53,330 bases of DNA from the IMG/VR virus record IMGVR_UViG_3300022685_000036, positions 1 to 53,330 of that record. One strand, 5' to 3'. This document shows positions 34,493 to 44,912 of this stretch, piece by piece. Made by a program: the position numbers and the translations under genes. Under the pieces are notes generated by a model. That model did no database searches. It saw only the letters and a program-made list of their open reading frames with translations, and had not been told where the DNA came from. Source of the DNA: a virus. Its lineage: Duplodnaviria; Caudoviricetes. Each line of letters starts with the position of its first letter. Positions within the stretch are counted from its first letter, which is position 1.

Positions 34493-34906
34493 GTGGCGGT
34501 TGTGATAAACACAATCCTCATCCACCAACTCCCGCGCGCGGAAGATGGCACGCAGCAGTTCGCCGTGTGGGATGCCCGTAGTAGGTGGGACGGCTGGAAG
34601 CTAGGGTACTGCGTGGAGCCTGGACACTACGCGGTACACGCCGGAATCGTGCCGTTCGAGATTACCTCAGCAGGAACCTTCGACGACTGCACCCACTACC
34701 GACTAGAGAACCCCGACCATCAAAACGTGTACGTCACGTGCCAGACCGTCGAGCCCGACGGCACGCCGACGCCAGAGCAGGACGGCGGACCGGTCCCCGT
34801 GAGCACGGTATCGACGATGTATCTAATGATGGGCCTGCTCATCCTTGTCGCCGTAAGACTGCGGCGTAAAACTAACCTTGTAGAAAGCAAATGGCAAATC
34901 AAATGA
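34493..34906 (+). CDS. Protein with IPTL/PEP-CTERM-like C-terminal sorting signal
   Basis: Pro-rich linker then PVPVSTVSTMYLMMGLLILVAVRLRRK (motif, TM helix, Arg cluster). Confidence 0.55.
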   Translation: MAVVINTILIHQLPRAEDGTQQFAVWDARSRWDGWKLGYCVEPGHYAVHAGIVPFEITSAGTFDDCTHYRLENPDHQNVYVTCQTVEPDGTPTPEQDGGPVPVSTVSTMYLMMGLLILVAVRLRRKTNLVESKWQIK

Positions 34907-35187
34907 CAGACCTAGTGCCCTTGAATTACCAACCATATTTTGAAGATAAGGTTAAAGACTTGACTAAAAAAGAAAAAGCCGTTTTTATAAGAATCATAAG
35001 AGAAAGCAAACGAGACCAGATTGAAAGACTATTGAGAGCCATAAAAAACAAAGATAATGAAATGGCGAATGGTATGACCTACAGAATGAAACCAGAAGAC
35101 ACGTACAGGGCCAGAAAAATGGTCATCATTCTTAGCGAAAGTTTGAAAAACGAAGAAGACCTGGTAAGGGTTATGTACCCCTATTAA
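34891..35187 (+). CDS. Hypothetical basic protein (AT-rich)
   Basis: Markedly A-rich ORF. Confidence 0.6.
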   Translation: MANQMTDLVPLNYQPYFEDKVKDLTKKEKAVFIRIIRESKRDQIERLLRAIKNKDNEMANGMTYRMKPEDTYRARKMVIILSESLKNEEDLVRVMYPY

Positions 35188-35235
35188 AAAGAGAAACCTA
35201 CAGGCATTGAGAAGCCCTAACCCTTGGAGAGACAG

Positions 35236-35703
35236 ATGAAAGAATTGCAAGATCCTGGCCTGTGTGTAGAGCAGAGGTATTTCAACGCAAAGACGGTTTT
35301 GGGGCGCATGCTGGACATGGGTCGCATGCTCGACTGCCCCGCCACGTCAGCAAAGCGTGAGGCCGTGAAGGCGGTTCTGCGGGAAACCGGCGTTGACCTG
35401 CGCCCCATGTTGGCGTTTGCAGTGGCGGTCGGTGGCGAGCAGTGGCTGAGCCTGTCGGCGTTGCGCGCAGAGCTTGACGTGACATCGGAGGACCACATGA
35501 ACGAAATTCTGAAGTCGTTAGGGCTTCAGGACTGCATCGGTGGCGAGTGGGTGCCCGCGGATTCCGGCGCTGGGCTCTTCTGGCGCATGGTGCCCCGGCG
35601 CAAGGGTGCGCCCGTGAGCCACGGTGTTCAGTGGAACCTGACCGAAGTCCGTGCGCTTCTCGACGAAGCTGACAGCGAGGAGGACGACGACGATGCCGTT
35701 TAA
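35236..35703 (+). CDS. Antirepressor KilAC/ANT-like DNA-binding protein
   Basis: MNEILKSLGLQ..IGGEWVP..SG...VQW resembles KilA-C-type winged helix. Confidence 0.5.
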   Translation: MKELQDPGLCVEQRYFNAKTVLGRMLDMGRMLDCPATSAKREAVKAVLRETGVDLRPMLAFAVAVGGEQWLSLSALRAELDVTSEDHMNEILKSLGLQDCIGGEWVPADSGAGLFWRMVPRRKGAPVSHGVQWNLTEVRALLDEADSEEDDDDAV

Positions 35704-36076
35704 GGAGGGCCATCCGGGCAGACCAAGCGCCTTCACGACGCGCCTTCAGGACGGCGCAGTGTTCGAAGAGATTGGGGTTGTCGTGCTGGCCTTGCTCCCC
35801 GAGGAGGGCAAGCCGCGTTCAGACTGGAGTGTTCAGATTGAGCGCCGATGTTGCGGCAAGATCGAGACCATCAGGGTCAAGGCCCTACGCTCGCGCCTGA
35901 CGAGCGTTGTCCACCGCCCAAGCATGTTCCCGCACATGTGCCGCAGCTGCGCAGACGCGGCAAAGAAGGATGGCACTATGCGTTCGGCGCAGTCCGCGAA
36001 AAGCGCCTGGCGCCCGACCAGCGCGGCCTGGGGCGCCAGGTGGAGTTATTATGCTGACGGAGGTAATAAGCCATGA
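35693..36076 (+). CDS. Hypothetical Zn-binding protein
   Basis: CCGK...CRSC. Confidence 0.55.
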   Translation: MPFKEGHPGRPSAFTTRLQDGAVFEEIGVVVLALLPEEGKPRSDWSVQIERRCCGKIETIRVKALRSRLTSVVHRPSMFPHMCRSCADAAKKDGTMRSAQSAKSAWRPTSAAWGARWSYYADGGNKP

Positions 36077-36282
36077 GCAGCTTTTTATGTGAGCATTGCG
36101 GCGCGATGGCCATGGACACCAGCCGCGGCTGTGAGCACCACGAGCCAAATGTGCCGACACATGCGCTGACGACAGACGAGATGCGCTGGTTGATAGACGC
36201 GCGCAATCGTGTGGCACTGATCTATAGGCCACACCTAGACAGCCTGGAGTTTCAACTCAGGAATCGCGAGGTCCTACGATGA
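36073..36282 (+). CDS. Hypothetical protein
   Basis: RBS GGAGG; CEHCG. Confidence 0.6.
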   Translation: MSSFLCEHCGAMAMDTSRGCEHHEPNVPTHALTTDEMRWLIDARNRVALIYRPHLDSLEFQLRNREVLR

Positions 36283-36479
36283 AAATGACGTTCGAAAGCT
36301 TCTCAGTAAACGGAGAATTGTTGCCCAGCCAAGAATGGGAAGTGTACACCTTGCGGGTCGATAGAGACCACAACGAATATGCGCTAAACATCTGGGTACT
36401 GGAAGATAACGGCAAAAGCACCCTCTTGATGTTGACGCAGGATCAGCTTGACAGGGCCATTGATAACGGCTGGAAATAG
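36279..36479 (+). CDS. Hypothetical protein, last gene of plus arm
   Basis: ATGA-coupled; converges with tail operon. Confidence 0.6.
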   Translation: MKMTFESFSVNGELLPSQEWEVYTLRVDRDHNEYALNIWVLEDNGKSTLLMLTQDQLDRAIDNGWK

Positions 36480-36498
36480 CTGAGCCCGCGCTGCACCA

Positions 36499-36951
36499 TC
36501 ACACAGTAAAGATCCGAGTCTCCAGCTCATCTCCCGATACCGCCCAAAGTGCTAGGGTCAAGGAAGACCCTGTCACTGTGTAGTCTACTCCGTTTGTCAG
36601 TATCGACCCATTCAACGCTACTTCAACCAGCATTGAACTAGCGGGCGTCGTCGTGAGCGCAAACGCTGTTTGACCGGCAGTGGCGGTGAAGTGCTCTGTT
36701 GCAATGGCCCCGACGCTGGTATTGTTCAAGCGAGACAAAGCTTCTGCCAGCGTGATAGAAGATGCTTGGGGATAGTTTAAAGTACACATCTGCCCTGCGG
36801 GGCCGGTTATAACACATCGCAAAAAACCAGCAACCCCAGCAAGAACGGAAATTGTTTTATATACACCTGTGCCGAGTTCCGAAAGCTGTTGCTTTGCTTT
36901 GTCAGCAGCGTCACAAACACACTGGATACATGACTGAACCGTATTGACCAC
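36499..36951 (-). CDS. Tail-associated protein with small beta domain
   Basis: FTATAGQTAF...VALNG..L..GVDYTVTGSSLT. Confidence 0.7.
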   Translation of the reverse strand: MVNTVQSCIQCVCDAADKAKQQLSELGTGVYKTISVLAGVAGFLRCVITGPAGQMCTLNYPQASSITLAEALSRLNNTSVGAIATEHFTATAGQTAFALTTTPASSMLVEVALNGSILTNGVDYTVTGSSLTLALWAVSGDELETRIFTV

Positions 36952-36952
36952 G

Positions 36953-37378
36953 TTAACCTCCGTAAGACTTTACCAAAACCAGATCGCCAGGCGATAGCCC
37001 AATACTGAATGTAAGGGTAGACCCAGTGACATTATAATCAATGCCACTTGTCATCATAGAGCTGTTCACAGTAACCCTGACTGGCTTCAAAGGAGTCTCG
37101 GGAAGAATAAGTACAGTTTTCCCAGGCTGGTCTTTGTTGTACCACGACCAAAGGTTAAACCCCTCGTCCAACCCCCCAACTACCCTGGACATGAGGTTTT
37201 GAAAACTTGCTCCCTCCTGCCCACTAGGAAAAGTTACGTAGCCACCTAAGGGCGAAACCCATTTAAATATAGGTTCGATATTTCTAAACCAATATTCAGT
37301 AAAGGCGTTTAGGACGGTCTCAGTTGCTGAGCTAATCGCCTCACAGAAAGTGTTACAACATTCAGCCATTAGGGTCAC
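36953..37378 (-). CDS. Tail-associated protein, C-terminal domain paralogous to previous gene
   Basis: VTVNS....GIDYNVTGSTLTF..L..GD.V. Confidence 0.7.
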   Translation of the reverse strand: MTLMAECCNTFCEAISSATETVLNAFTEYWFRNIEPIFKWVSPLGGYVTFPSGQEGASFQNLMSRVVGGLDEGFNLWSWYNKDQPGKTVLILPETPLKPVRVTVNSSMMTSGIDYNVTGSTLTFSIGLSPGDLVLVKSYGG

Positions 37379-37922
37379 TCCACGCCGCAGCGTCGCCTGC
37401 GGTTTGATGTAATTGGATCCAGTTTACTGGGTCTGCTAAATTCACCTCAAAGACCAAACATTCGGTTAGTTTTTCTTGATACAAGCAAAGCCAACAATCC
37501 ATGTCTATCTTGTACTGCTCGGCCTGTACGGCTACCTCCCAAACATTCTCGGTTAATAGATTAACCTGCCAATCAGAAATATACCTAATCGGGTGTTCGG
37601 AAGGATGCCATACCGGGCATTGACCAGTGACCATGGGCAAAAAGTGCCACCCGTAACCATGCTTGTTTGCGAACGCTTCCCATGCATGCAATTGATCTGT
37701 TGTTAGAGTCCAAGTCAAGTCATAGGTGGTCGGTCTGTCGCTAAACAAGCGGCGCTGCCTTGCATACCCAGTGGCAACTGACGTTCGGATTATTCCGGCA
37801 TTCACTGAGTAACTGAAAGCCGAAATGCTTGGGCATGGCAAATTATAATCAACTGTGCTAATTAAGCCGCCTGCACAGGGTTCACCGCTAACGACATCTA
37901 GTGTCTCTATACAAGTAGTCAT
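37362..37922 (-). CDS. Minor tail protein (distal-tail/gpM-like)
   Basis: LPCP..S.FS....IIRT...TGYARQRRLF..RP...LTW. Confidence 0.7.
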   Translation of the reverse strand: MTTCIETLDVVSGEPCAGGLISTVDYNLPCPSISAFSYSVNAGIIRTSVATGYARQRRLFSDRPTTYDLTWTLTTDQLHAWEAFANKHGYGWHFLPMVTGQCPVWHPSEHPIRYISDWQVNLLTENVWEVAVQAEQYKIDMDCWLCLYQEKLTECLVFEVNLADPVNWIQLHQTAGDAAAWSDPNG

Positions 37923-40363
37923 GCGTAAGCCCTCTCATCGTACTCAAAGGCAATGACGGATGTCTTTGTTCCACCAGTGTGACGTACTTCAGACACTACA
38001 CAAAGAACTGGACTCTTGTTCAAAGGCACTATGTTTATTACGTCTCCTGGGTTCAAAATAAGTGCATCTAGCTCAGAATTGAATTTCCAAGTAAACCTAC
38101 TAAATTGGCTCTTATTCCAGATCTTTCTAGCCCTGGCCACTGCTGTATCGTTACAGGTACAACCTATCAGCTTAACTGAACGTGGGCGCACACTGGTACT
38201 TGGGTACAAAGCGTAAGCCGGTTCATAAGTTATCTCGTCACGGTATTCTATTTCCACTCCGTCTTCATCGGTTCTGTTTCCCAAAGCATAAGTAACACTA
38301 AGCGAATTTTCTTCAATAAGTCCGCCGCTAGTTTGACCTTCTACAAAAGACATGACGGGGACAAGATTAGGATTGTCGTCAATCAAAACTAGCTCAGAGC
38401 CGCGAGGGAAAATGCGATAGTCTGCGGCATTTGCTACCGTTTGCAGGGCCTCCCATACATTGGATTGAAAATCAAACACAGCGTTAAAAGACCCGGAAAG
38501 GGTCCCCTCAATTAGGCTTGAGTTTTGGTTTGCCCCGTATTTCACATTTGACCATATATCAATAAAAGCATCCTGGGCAGAGGTAGTGTCAGCCCCGTTG
38601 AGTTTGCGAGTGCAAGATACTGAAATCCTATTCAAAGCGTTACTGCTAACGCCGTTAGTCGCTTTGATCTTCATTGCTAGTAGGGTAACGTCTCCATACC
38701 CCTTCCCCCCATATTGAGCGTAGACGAACCCTTTCAACCCAGTCCAAAGCACCCTGTCAACAACTCTTGAGTCATTCTCAGATGCGGCGCTTGTTCTGGC
38801 AAATCTTACCAAGTAGTAGTCACCGGAAGGGACAATAAGCCCATTCGTTCGCCTTTGCGGGGTAGTTGTCGCTAGAGTCTCGTTCCAGGTGGTTGAGATA
38901 GTGGGGGCGCCAGTAGGGTTCCCGTCTTGGTCTATTTGTGTTGCCTCCAGCAAAAAGTCTACGCTGTTTGACTCTAGCTCCCCCGACTCCTTATTTACTT
39001 TATAGAGCCCGCCGGGGAACACGTAGTCAATTTCAATAGTGCCTATTTCCTGCCCAGGTCCGCCCACTATGAACTGTTGTAAAGTAGAGACGTCATAGTA
39101 AATAAACGACACGGGGTCGCCGACAGAAGAAGCGGCTTTTTCTATATCGATGTCGGTATAAATGACCCAGTCTGGCGAAGAGAAAGTATTTGCGCCTGTT
39201 TGGGTTATATTTGTCAGGGTCAAGACGTAGTTAATTGCTATCGCCCCAATCTCTCCAGAGATAACGTAATCAGAAGCCCCGCCAAAAGAGACAGTTAACG
39301 CGTCACCTGTTTGTGTGTTATCAACCAATTTCTTAAAGTTGTCGAAATTAAGCACGTTAATCTCTAAGTCGCCGTTTACTATTCGAGCGTCCCCTCTCAA
39401 TGCGCTAAAGAGCAAGAAAGGTTGATCAAGGGTGGCTGGCGAAATTGTAATCTGTGAACCGTTTACAGTCTCAATAGTGTGGGGAACACCGAAAATGTAT
39501 ATCGTAGTACCGATAGGGGGAATATCGGCTGTGGTAACGTCAATTGCATCGGCAGCTAAAATCGTACCAGAACTAGACAATTCTGTTGGTGTTTCCAATT
39601 CAATGTCAGAAACTTCAATAGAAGTGATGACATTTTCTGGAAAGCCCCCAATAGTATCCACAAAATCGGAGTCTATAAAGCCGATTGTCTGTGTATGGTC
39701 AGTAGGGCTATACGATTTGTAGCTCACTGAGCCAGGAGCCAACCGGTTGACACTTGTGTTAGAAATATAAATATCAGAAATACCGTACTCTCCTTGACCG
39801 AGACAGAACAGCAAAAACACCCATTGGTTATTTTCGTGATATTTTGACCATGCTTGTGTTGCATAATCAGGAACTATTCTATTTTTCCCGTAAGCTACGG
39901 GGATTGAGTCACCAAGTCTAACTTGATTTTGCGGGACAGCTAGGTTATACACAGACTCTGCTTTCGGCAGAGACACTTGAGATGGTGAAGACGCGACATC
40001 TAGTTTTGGAGCGCTAGGGGCTAGGGCGTAACTGACCGCTGTAGATACGACCGCCACAGCAAGCGCAGCAAGCACCGGGCTCGCAGCCACAGCACTAACA
40101 ACAGCACCAACAGCGGCTGCCACGGGTGCGCCTGGAGCCACAAGCAGCACCACTTCGTCGCCCGGGGCAAGCACCAGGCCATAATCTTCAACAGGAAGAG
40201 GGGCCTTGTTTAGAAATGTTTGATGGCTGCCCGGGAAACCCTCAGGATAAAACTTGTTCAAAAAGCCGCTCTGTCCATCATTCGAACAGTAGGGGCCTAC
40301 CCATTCTCTGATTTGGTAGTCAGATGGGTTCAGCGGATTGTCAACAATGATTATCCTAGCCAT
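37919..40363 (-). CDS. Tail tip / central fibre protein (gpJ-like)
   Basis: N.VRLG..IPV.YG...PD, LGQGEY, FPGGL, FNAVFD, DGVEIEY.D, L.PGD.I. Confidence 0.85.
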   Translation of the reverse strand: MARIIIVDNPLNPSDYQIREWVGPYCSNDGQSGFLNKFYPEGFPGSHQTFLNKAPLPVEDYGLVLAPGDEVVLLVAPGAPVAAAVGAVVSAVAASPVLAALAVAVVSTAVSYALAPSAPKLDVASSPSQVSLPKAESVYNLAVPQNQVRLGDSIPVAYGKNRIVPDYATQAWSKYHENNQWVFLLFCLGQGEYGISDIYISNTSVNRLAPGSVSYKSYSPTDHTQTIGFIDSDFVDTIGGFPENVITSIEVSDIELETPTELSSSGTILAADAIDVTTADIPPIGTTIYIFGVPHTIETVNGSQITISPATLDQPFLLFSALRGDARIVNGDLEINVLNFDNFKKLVDNTQTGDALTVSFGGASDYVISGEIGAIAINYVLTLTNITQTGANTFSSPDWVIYTDIDIEKAASSVGDPVSFIYYDVSTLQQFIVGGPGQEIGTIEIDYVFPGGLYKVNKESGELESNSVDFLLEATQIDQDGNPTGAPTISTTWNETLATTTPQRRTNGLIVPSGDYYLVRFARTSAASENDSRVVDRVLWTGLKGFVYAQYGGKGYGDVTLLAMKIKATNGVSSNALNRISVSCTRKLNGADTTSAQDAFIDIWSNVKYGANQNSSLIEGTLSGSFNAVFDFQSNVWEALQTVANAADYRIFPRGSELVLIDDNPNLVPVMSFVEGQTSGGLIEENSLSVTYALGNRTDEDGVEIEYRDEITYEPAYALYPSTSVRPRSVKLIGCTCNDTAVARARKIWNKSQFSRFTWKFNSELDALILNPGDVINIVPLNKSPVLCVVSEVRHTGGTKTSVIAFEYDERAYA

Positions 40364-40737
40364 CTTAAAACCTTTTGCTTTTTATAGCCAAGCCGGTAGA
40401 GTACTCTGGGGTCTATCCTTATTACTCCGGCTTGCCCCTTGGTTATGTGCAGGACACTGCTTTCATCAACAAAAGGACAAACGTGAGCCCATTGTCTTGA
40501 AGTCCCGCATATTAATACATCGCCCTTTTTTGGGTGGGAGACTTCTTGCCATTTTGGAGACGCCCTGCTGTTTTCTATGTATTCATTTATTACTTCGAAA
40601 TCCATTTTTCCAAAGCTTAGCACGTAATCACAATTGATACCTAACCGAGACATAACTTCCAGAGTCAGCCCCCAACAGTCGTAAGCATTTGGCCCACGGC
40701 CCTGCCACTGAAACGGTTTTCCGATCAAATCATTCAT
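40351..40737 (-). CDS. NlpC/P60-like tail assembly protein
   Basis: IGKPF..GRGP..YDCWGL, GD, H. Confidence 0.85.
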   Translation of the reverse strand: MNDLIGKPFQWQGRGPNAYDCWGLTLEVMSRLGINCDYVLSFGKMDFEVINEYIENSRASPKWQEVSHPKKGDVLICGTSRQWAHVCPFVDESSVLHITKGQAGVIRIDPRVLYRLGYKKQKVLRWLG

Positions 40738-41225
40738 CTTCTAGTCAGACCCGGGTAAAGGTCCGGTCTATAAAGTTCTCTAGGAAATCTTGCGTTGAAT
40801 ATGTCCACCCTAGTGGCAGTCCCAGACATGACGAACGTGTCTAATGTCAAATCCGTTAGACTAAGATCCCAAGGAGGATCGTACTGCGGGTCTAGCACCC
40901 CTTTGATGTATTGGGTAACGCGACACCGGATTGGCTCTTCAGGTCTATTACGAACATTCTGAAGAGCATTCCACATCTCTTCACCTATATTGCAAACCCG
41001 AATGCTTAAATCCTGCTGTCCCTCTGCATCCACAACAGGGAGCACAACTTCAAACGGTATGGGTTGGAAAACCCGATTAACCCCTTCAAACAAACCAGTT
41101 TGTGCTTGATGGTCATTCGTCAAAAAATATGAACCAGCAGCGCTATGAGAAAGAATAAGAGCGTCCCACCAGTCTACGTCAACTTCACTAGTGTAGCGCT
41201 GCTGCATTTCTGGTGACAAAGCCAT
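40734..41225 (-). CDS. DUF1833-like minor tail protein
   Basis: L.HS...F.P.PFE..LP, N.RFP...Y....YPGL. Confidence 0.8.
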   Translation of the reverse strand: MALSPEMQQRYTSEVDVDWWDALILSHSAAGSYFLTNDHQAQTGLFEGVNRVFQPIPFEVVLPVVDAEGQQDLSIRVCNIGEEMWNALQNVRNRPEEPIRCRVTQYIKGVLDPQYDPPWDLSLTDLTLDTFVMSGTATRVDIFNARFPRELYRPDLYPGLTRR

Positions 41226-43651
41226 TATCTACCCCTTCGTAACTTATAAGCTTGGTCCAACGCGCGGGCTGTAGAATTGCCGCCACGTTGTATCCGATCA
41301 TCCATTTGCCCAATAGCAATTTCGATTATTTCGCGGTCACCAAGTTGTCGTGTCCGACGGCTAACGTCTTCACCAGAGTAGTTATTTATCACCACTTCAG
41401 TTCCGCCGCCTTGGACCCCAAGCTTGCCATCGGCGCCACGCTTCAGTGGTAGCACGGCCTCGGGACCTGCCTCACCCAGTACGCCGCCTTGTGCATACCG
41501 CTTCAGCGGCCCCTCGCTAGGCATGGTGAAGTAGGTAGGCTGCGCATAAACGCCCTGCGGTAGCGGCAGGCTGGAGAAAGCAGCGCCCTTGGCAAAACCA
41601 AACAGCCCGCCAAGCACACCGCCCAAAAGACCACCGCCACCGCCACTACCAAACAGCGCAAACCGTAGCGCAAGCTTGGCGATATCAGCCGCTAGACCGC
41701 GGAGGGCGTCCTTTAGCTTAAAGGTCCCTTCCACGGCCCGATCAATCCAGGAACCAAAGCTAACCGTAAGGTTTTGCCCGACGCTCTGTGCAAGCGTGTT
41801 TGTCGCTTCTACAGCTTGTAGAGCGCCCTCACTTGCAGCAAAGTAAGCGGCTTGCGCTTGCTGTGCTGCACGAACAAACGTCTCTTGATCTAGCCCACTA
41901 TCGAGCAAGCCGCGCAACCTTTCAAGCGTTGCGGCATACTGCTCTGCCGGGGTACGGGTGCTTTGATACACCTGTTGGATTTCGTTTAAGACTTGCCCTT
42001 GCCTTTGAATAGCTTGCGCGGCATCGTCGCTAACAAAGGCTAGATTACCAGTCGCAGCAGACAGGCGCTCGTAGTCTGGTATGATATTTTTTACATAACC
42101 TTGTGTTTCTGCAAACGGGGGCACACCGCCAAACTTTTGAACGTTTCCGATCCCTGCATTATAAGCGGCAAGGGCAAGTTCTACATCCCCACCAAGTTGT
42201 TTTAGCCGTTTGGCAATGTAGAACGCGCCACCTTCAATGTTGGCTGAAGCGTCGTTCACCAATCGCTCAAAGCTAATGCCGGTTTGTCGTGCAATATCCC
42301 GTGCGGTGCCGGGCATTAACTGCATGACACCGATTGCACCTTTTGTCGACCGAGCAACCTTGTTAAAACCAGACTCCTGTTTGGCCAGCGCTACAAGGAG
42401 GTTTCGATCAACCCCGAATTTCTGTGCGGCAGCAGTAAACGCTTCCGCCTGACTGCGGAACCTGGCGGCCTGTGCGCTAGTCAGCTTGAGGGACTGAACT
42501 ACTGTGTCAGCCCATTGCTCTACTTCAGATGCCTGCCCAGATAAGCTACCACCTCCGGTCACGTCCGGTATTTCCGGTAACGAAACAGGCGCCACATCTG
42601 ACACAGCCGGGGCAGAAGCCGCGAGTTGATTGCGGCGCAGAATTAGGGATTCTAATTCGTCTCGGTATTTAGCGAGAGCTTTTCGTGCCTCTTCTAAAGC
42701 ATTGTCAGAGCCAAAAGTACGTTGGAAAAATCCAACGAACCCGCCGCCGCTGTCGGACGAAAGGTTTGTTATTTCCGTTGTTACTTGTTGAATTTTCCGT
42801 TGAACTTCACTTATGTCAACGTCTAATTGGTAGGTAGTGGTTCCACGCCCAAGGTCATCCAAACCACGGAAACGTGCCACAAGAGTGTCTATAAACTGGA
42901 CTACGTTAACTACGGCATTGCGCCAAACAGTTTGCAAACGTTGTGCTGTTTCTGTAAATCTTGTCTCTAGTTCGGCAGCAGCGGTAATTGCCTCCTGCCG
43001 AATAACACGACCTTGCCTAGCAAGCTCTTCTGTAGTTTCCGCGATTGTCCCATTCAAATTGCCAAGCGTTTGCCCTAGCTTCACCCCTTCAGTGTCGAAT
43101 GCTGCCATTGCAACCCGGTTGCGTTCGGCAGGGTCCTCAATGCCGGACAAAACACGACGAAATTCTTCCAGCAGGGTATTGACGCTTTTTTGATTCCCTT
43201 CAACATCATTAAGCGTTACGCCGTATTGCTCGAATACCTTAGCTAGCACCCCGGAATCTTGACGGGCTTCTGCAATCCGGCGGCTAAATCTTTGCAGGGC
43301 TGTGTCAGTGGCGCTAAAAGAGAGCCCGACTTTTTCAGCTTCAAACCTAAGGGCCTGAATTGCTTCAACACTGACACCAACTCGGTCAGCAGTGTTATTA
43401 AGCTCGTCGGCAAATTGCGTAACGCTGCGAAGTGACTGAACGCTAAATGCGCCTGCGAACCCAAAGGCAAACCCTTTTGCAAGGTTGCCAAGTAAGCGCA
43501 TGGATTTACCGACACGATCAATGCTAGTTTCCACATTGCGCATTGACTTAGCAGTTTTCGCGCTGCTGCGATCAATGTTCTGTAGCGCCCGCTGCCAGCC
43601 AGTTGTGTCAGCGGTGTACTTGCGGACAATTTCTAGTGTTTGCCTAGCCAT
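41225..43651 (-). CDS. Tape measure protein with embedded lytic transglycosylase (SLT) domain
   Basis: QESGF...GA.G.MQLMP.TA, LAAYNAG, PPFAETQGYV; C-terminal GEAGPEAVLPL.RG.DGKLGV. Confidence 0.92.
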   Translation of the reverse strand: MARQTLEIVRKYTADTTGWQRALQNIDRSSAKTAKSMRNVETSIDRVGKSMRLLGNLAKGFAFGFAGAFSVQSLRSVTQFADELNNTADRVGVSVEAIQALRFEAEKVGLSFSATDTALQRFSRRIAEARQDSGVLAKVFEQYGVTLNDVEGNQKSVNTLLEEFRRVLSGIEDPAERNRVAMAAFDTEGVKLGQTLGNLNGTIAETTEELARQGRVIRQEAITAAAELETRFTETAQRLQTVWRNAVVNVVQFIDTLVARFRGLDDLGRGTTTYQLDVDISEVQRKIQQVTTEITNLSSDSGGGFVGFFQRTFGSDNALEEARKALAKYRDELESLILRRNQLAASAPAVSDVAPVSLPEIPDVTGGGSLSGQASEVEQWADTVVQSLKLTSAQAARFRSQAEAFTAAAQKFGVDRNLLVALAKQESGFNKVARSTKGAIGVMQLMPGTARDIARQTGISFERLVNDASANIEGGAFYIAKRLKQLGGDVELALAAYNAGIGNVQKFGGVPPFAETQGYVKNIIPDYERLSAATGNLAFVSDDAAQAIQRQGQVLNEIQQVYQSTRTPAEQYAATLERLRGLLDSGLDQETFVRAAQQAQAAYFAASEGALQAVEATNTLAQSVGQNLTVSFGSWIDRAVEGTFKLKDALRGLAADIAKLALRFALFGSGGGGGLLGGVLGGLFGFAKGAAFSSLPLPQGVYAQPTYFTMPSEGPLKRYAQGGVLGEAGPEAVLPLKRGADGKLGVQGGGTEVVINNYSGEDVSRRTRQLGDREIIEIAIGQMDDRIQRGGNSTARALDQAYKLRRGR

Positions 43652-44385
43652 TACCTATTCCATCGCCGGCGCCGGCCCTGTGGACGTTTGCGGAATTGCA
43701 AACCAGTACGGCCGCGCATACTATTTAACTGCCCTATCCAGATTACAGGCGAAGGGTACGAAAAACCTTTTGTACCGAGTTCAGAAACTTCGTTAAGATA
43801 ATCCATTCTTACGTCATAATTTTTACTCCTGGCTCGAGTTTGCACTTTACTAAATGTGCGTCTAAAAACATTTCTAGACCGCATATTTTCAAGCGCACTA
43901 GCATACGCGGCGATGTTTGTTACTCCAGCAACAGTCCATTGCCCTTCGTCTCCTTTAGGTAGGCCACGACTTACTGTACGGCCCACCACGTACCGGAAAG
44001 AGGCCCGGTAGTTACCTGTACTGGCAAACGGGGAAGAAGCCGTCACGAGCGCTTGATACAGCCACCGCAGCTCTTCTGTTAGGTCTGGACGAGCGAACTG
44101 TCCTGCTGGCGTCAGCACAGCAACACTAGCCCAAGGCATTTTTTCTAATAACCTAGCTTTGCTGCCTTCATAGTCTTTAATGTTATTCAGCCCAACGCGC
44201 CCGTCAACGATTTCCGGTATCTGCCCCCTCACCTCGTCTAAGGTTGTTACCCTAACCACGTCTTCTAGGCGCTCAGAATCCATAAACGCTTTCACACTCT
44301 TAAACTCATCAACACCTAAGACGGCCAAGGCTGACCGGTTCCCGGCGGAAAAAAGGTCTTTGTCTTTTATGAAGGTTTTTGCCAT
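43651..44385 (-). CDS. Putative neck/tail-completion protein
   Basis: SP..TG.YR.S and N.A.YA..LE resemble HK97 gp10-like motifs. Confidence 0.5.
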   Translation of the reverse strand: MAKTFIKDKDLFSAGNRSALAVLGVDEFKSVKAFMDSERLEDVVRVTTLDEVRGQIPEIVDGRVGLNNIKDYEGSKARLLEKMPWASVAVLTPAGQFARPDLTEELRWLYQALVTASSPFASTGNYRASFRYVVGRTVSRGLPKGDEGQWTVAGVTNIAAYASALENMRSRNVFRRTFSKVQTRARSKNYDVRMDYLNEVSELGTKGFSYPSPVIWIGQLNSMRGRTGLQFRKRPQGRRRRWNR

Positions 44386-44857
44386 TATCCAAACCCAAAA
44401 GCTTTCGCCAGAGCATTTTCGTCCATTTCTTCGGGGTCTTGCTCTCCACGCTCTAACATAGCCTTCTTTTCAAAGAACGTCTGCCACTTTACGAACTCTG
44501 GCAAGGTCATCTTTTCGCACATCTCTCCAACCGTCATCTTCAACTCCCACGCGAGAAAGTATAAGAACTCTTCGGTGGGAGCTAGTCTTTTCCCTCCTCT
44601 TCCTGCGGCATGAGTTTATTCATGGCAGAAAGCAATGGAAGCACCGCCGACATGCCAAAATCGCCTAACTGTTCTGACGTAACCCGTTGGTTGTCCACAT
44701 AGAGCATTTTAGACAAATACTCTAGCGAAACTTCCAACCCCTCTTCTTTGGCGCCGATAGTTTTTTGCGCTGATACAAAATCCCGCATGGTCATTTCACG
44801 AAGCTCCACAGTGTTGCCAAGCGGAGAATTTGGAATGTGAATAACTTTGAGGTTCAT
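44385..44857 (-). CDS. Tail assembly chaperone G (44582-44857) and -1 frameshift product GT
   Basis: Slippery G GGA AAA at 44594-44588; -1 frame reads RLAPTEEFLYFLAWELKMTVGEM...EFVKWQTFF to TAA at 44385. Confidence 0.85.
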
Positions 44858-44912
44858 TTTCTGCTCGTTTAATGTGGCTGTAACAGCGACGCGCTATTAC
44901 AGCCATGCTAAG

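Noticed and set aside
44588-44594. Programmed -1 frameshift as a novel feature
   Set aside because: Real but conventional for tail assembly chaperones; recorded as a feature only.
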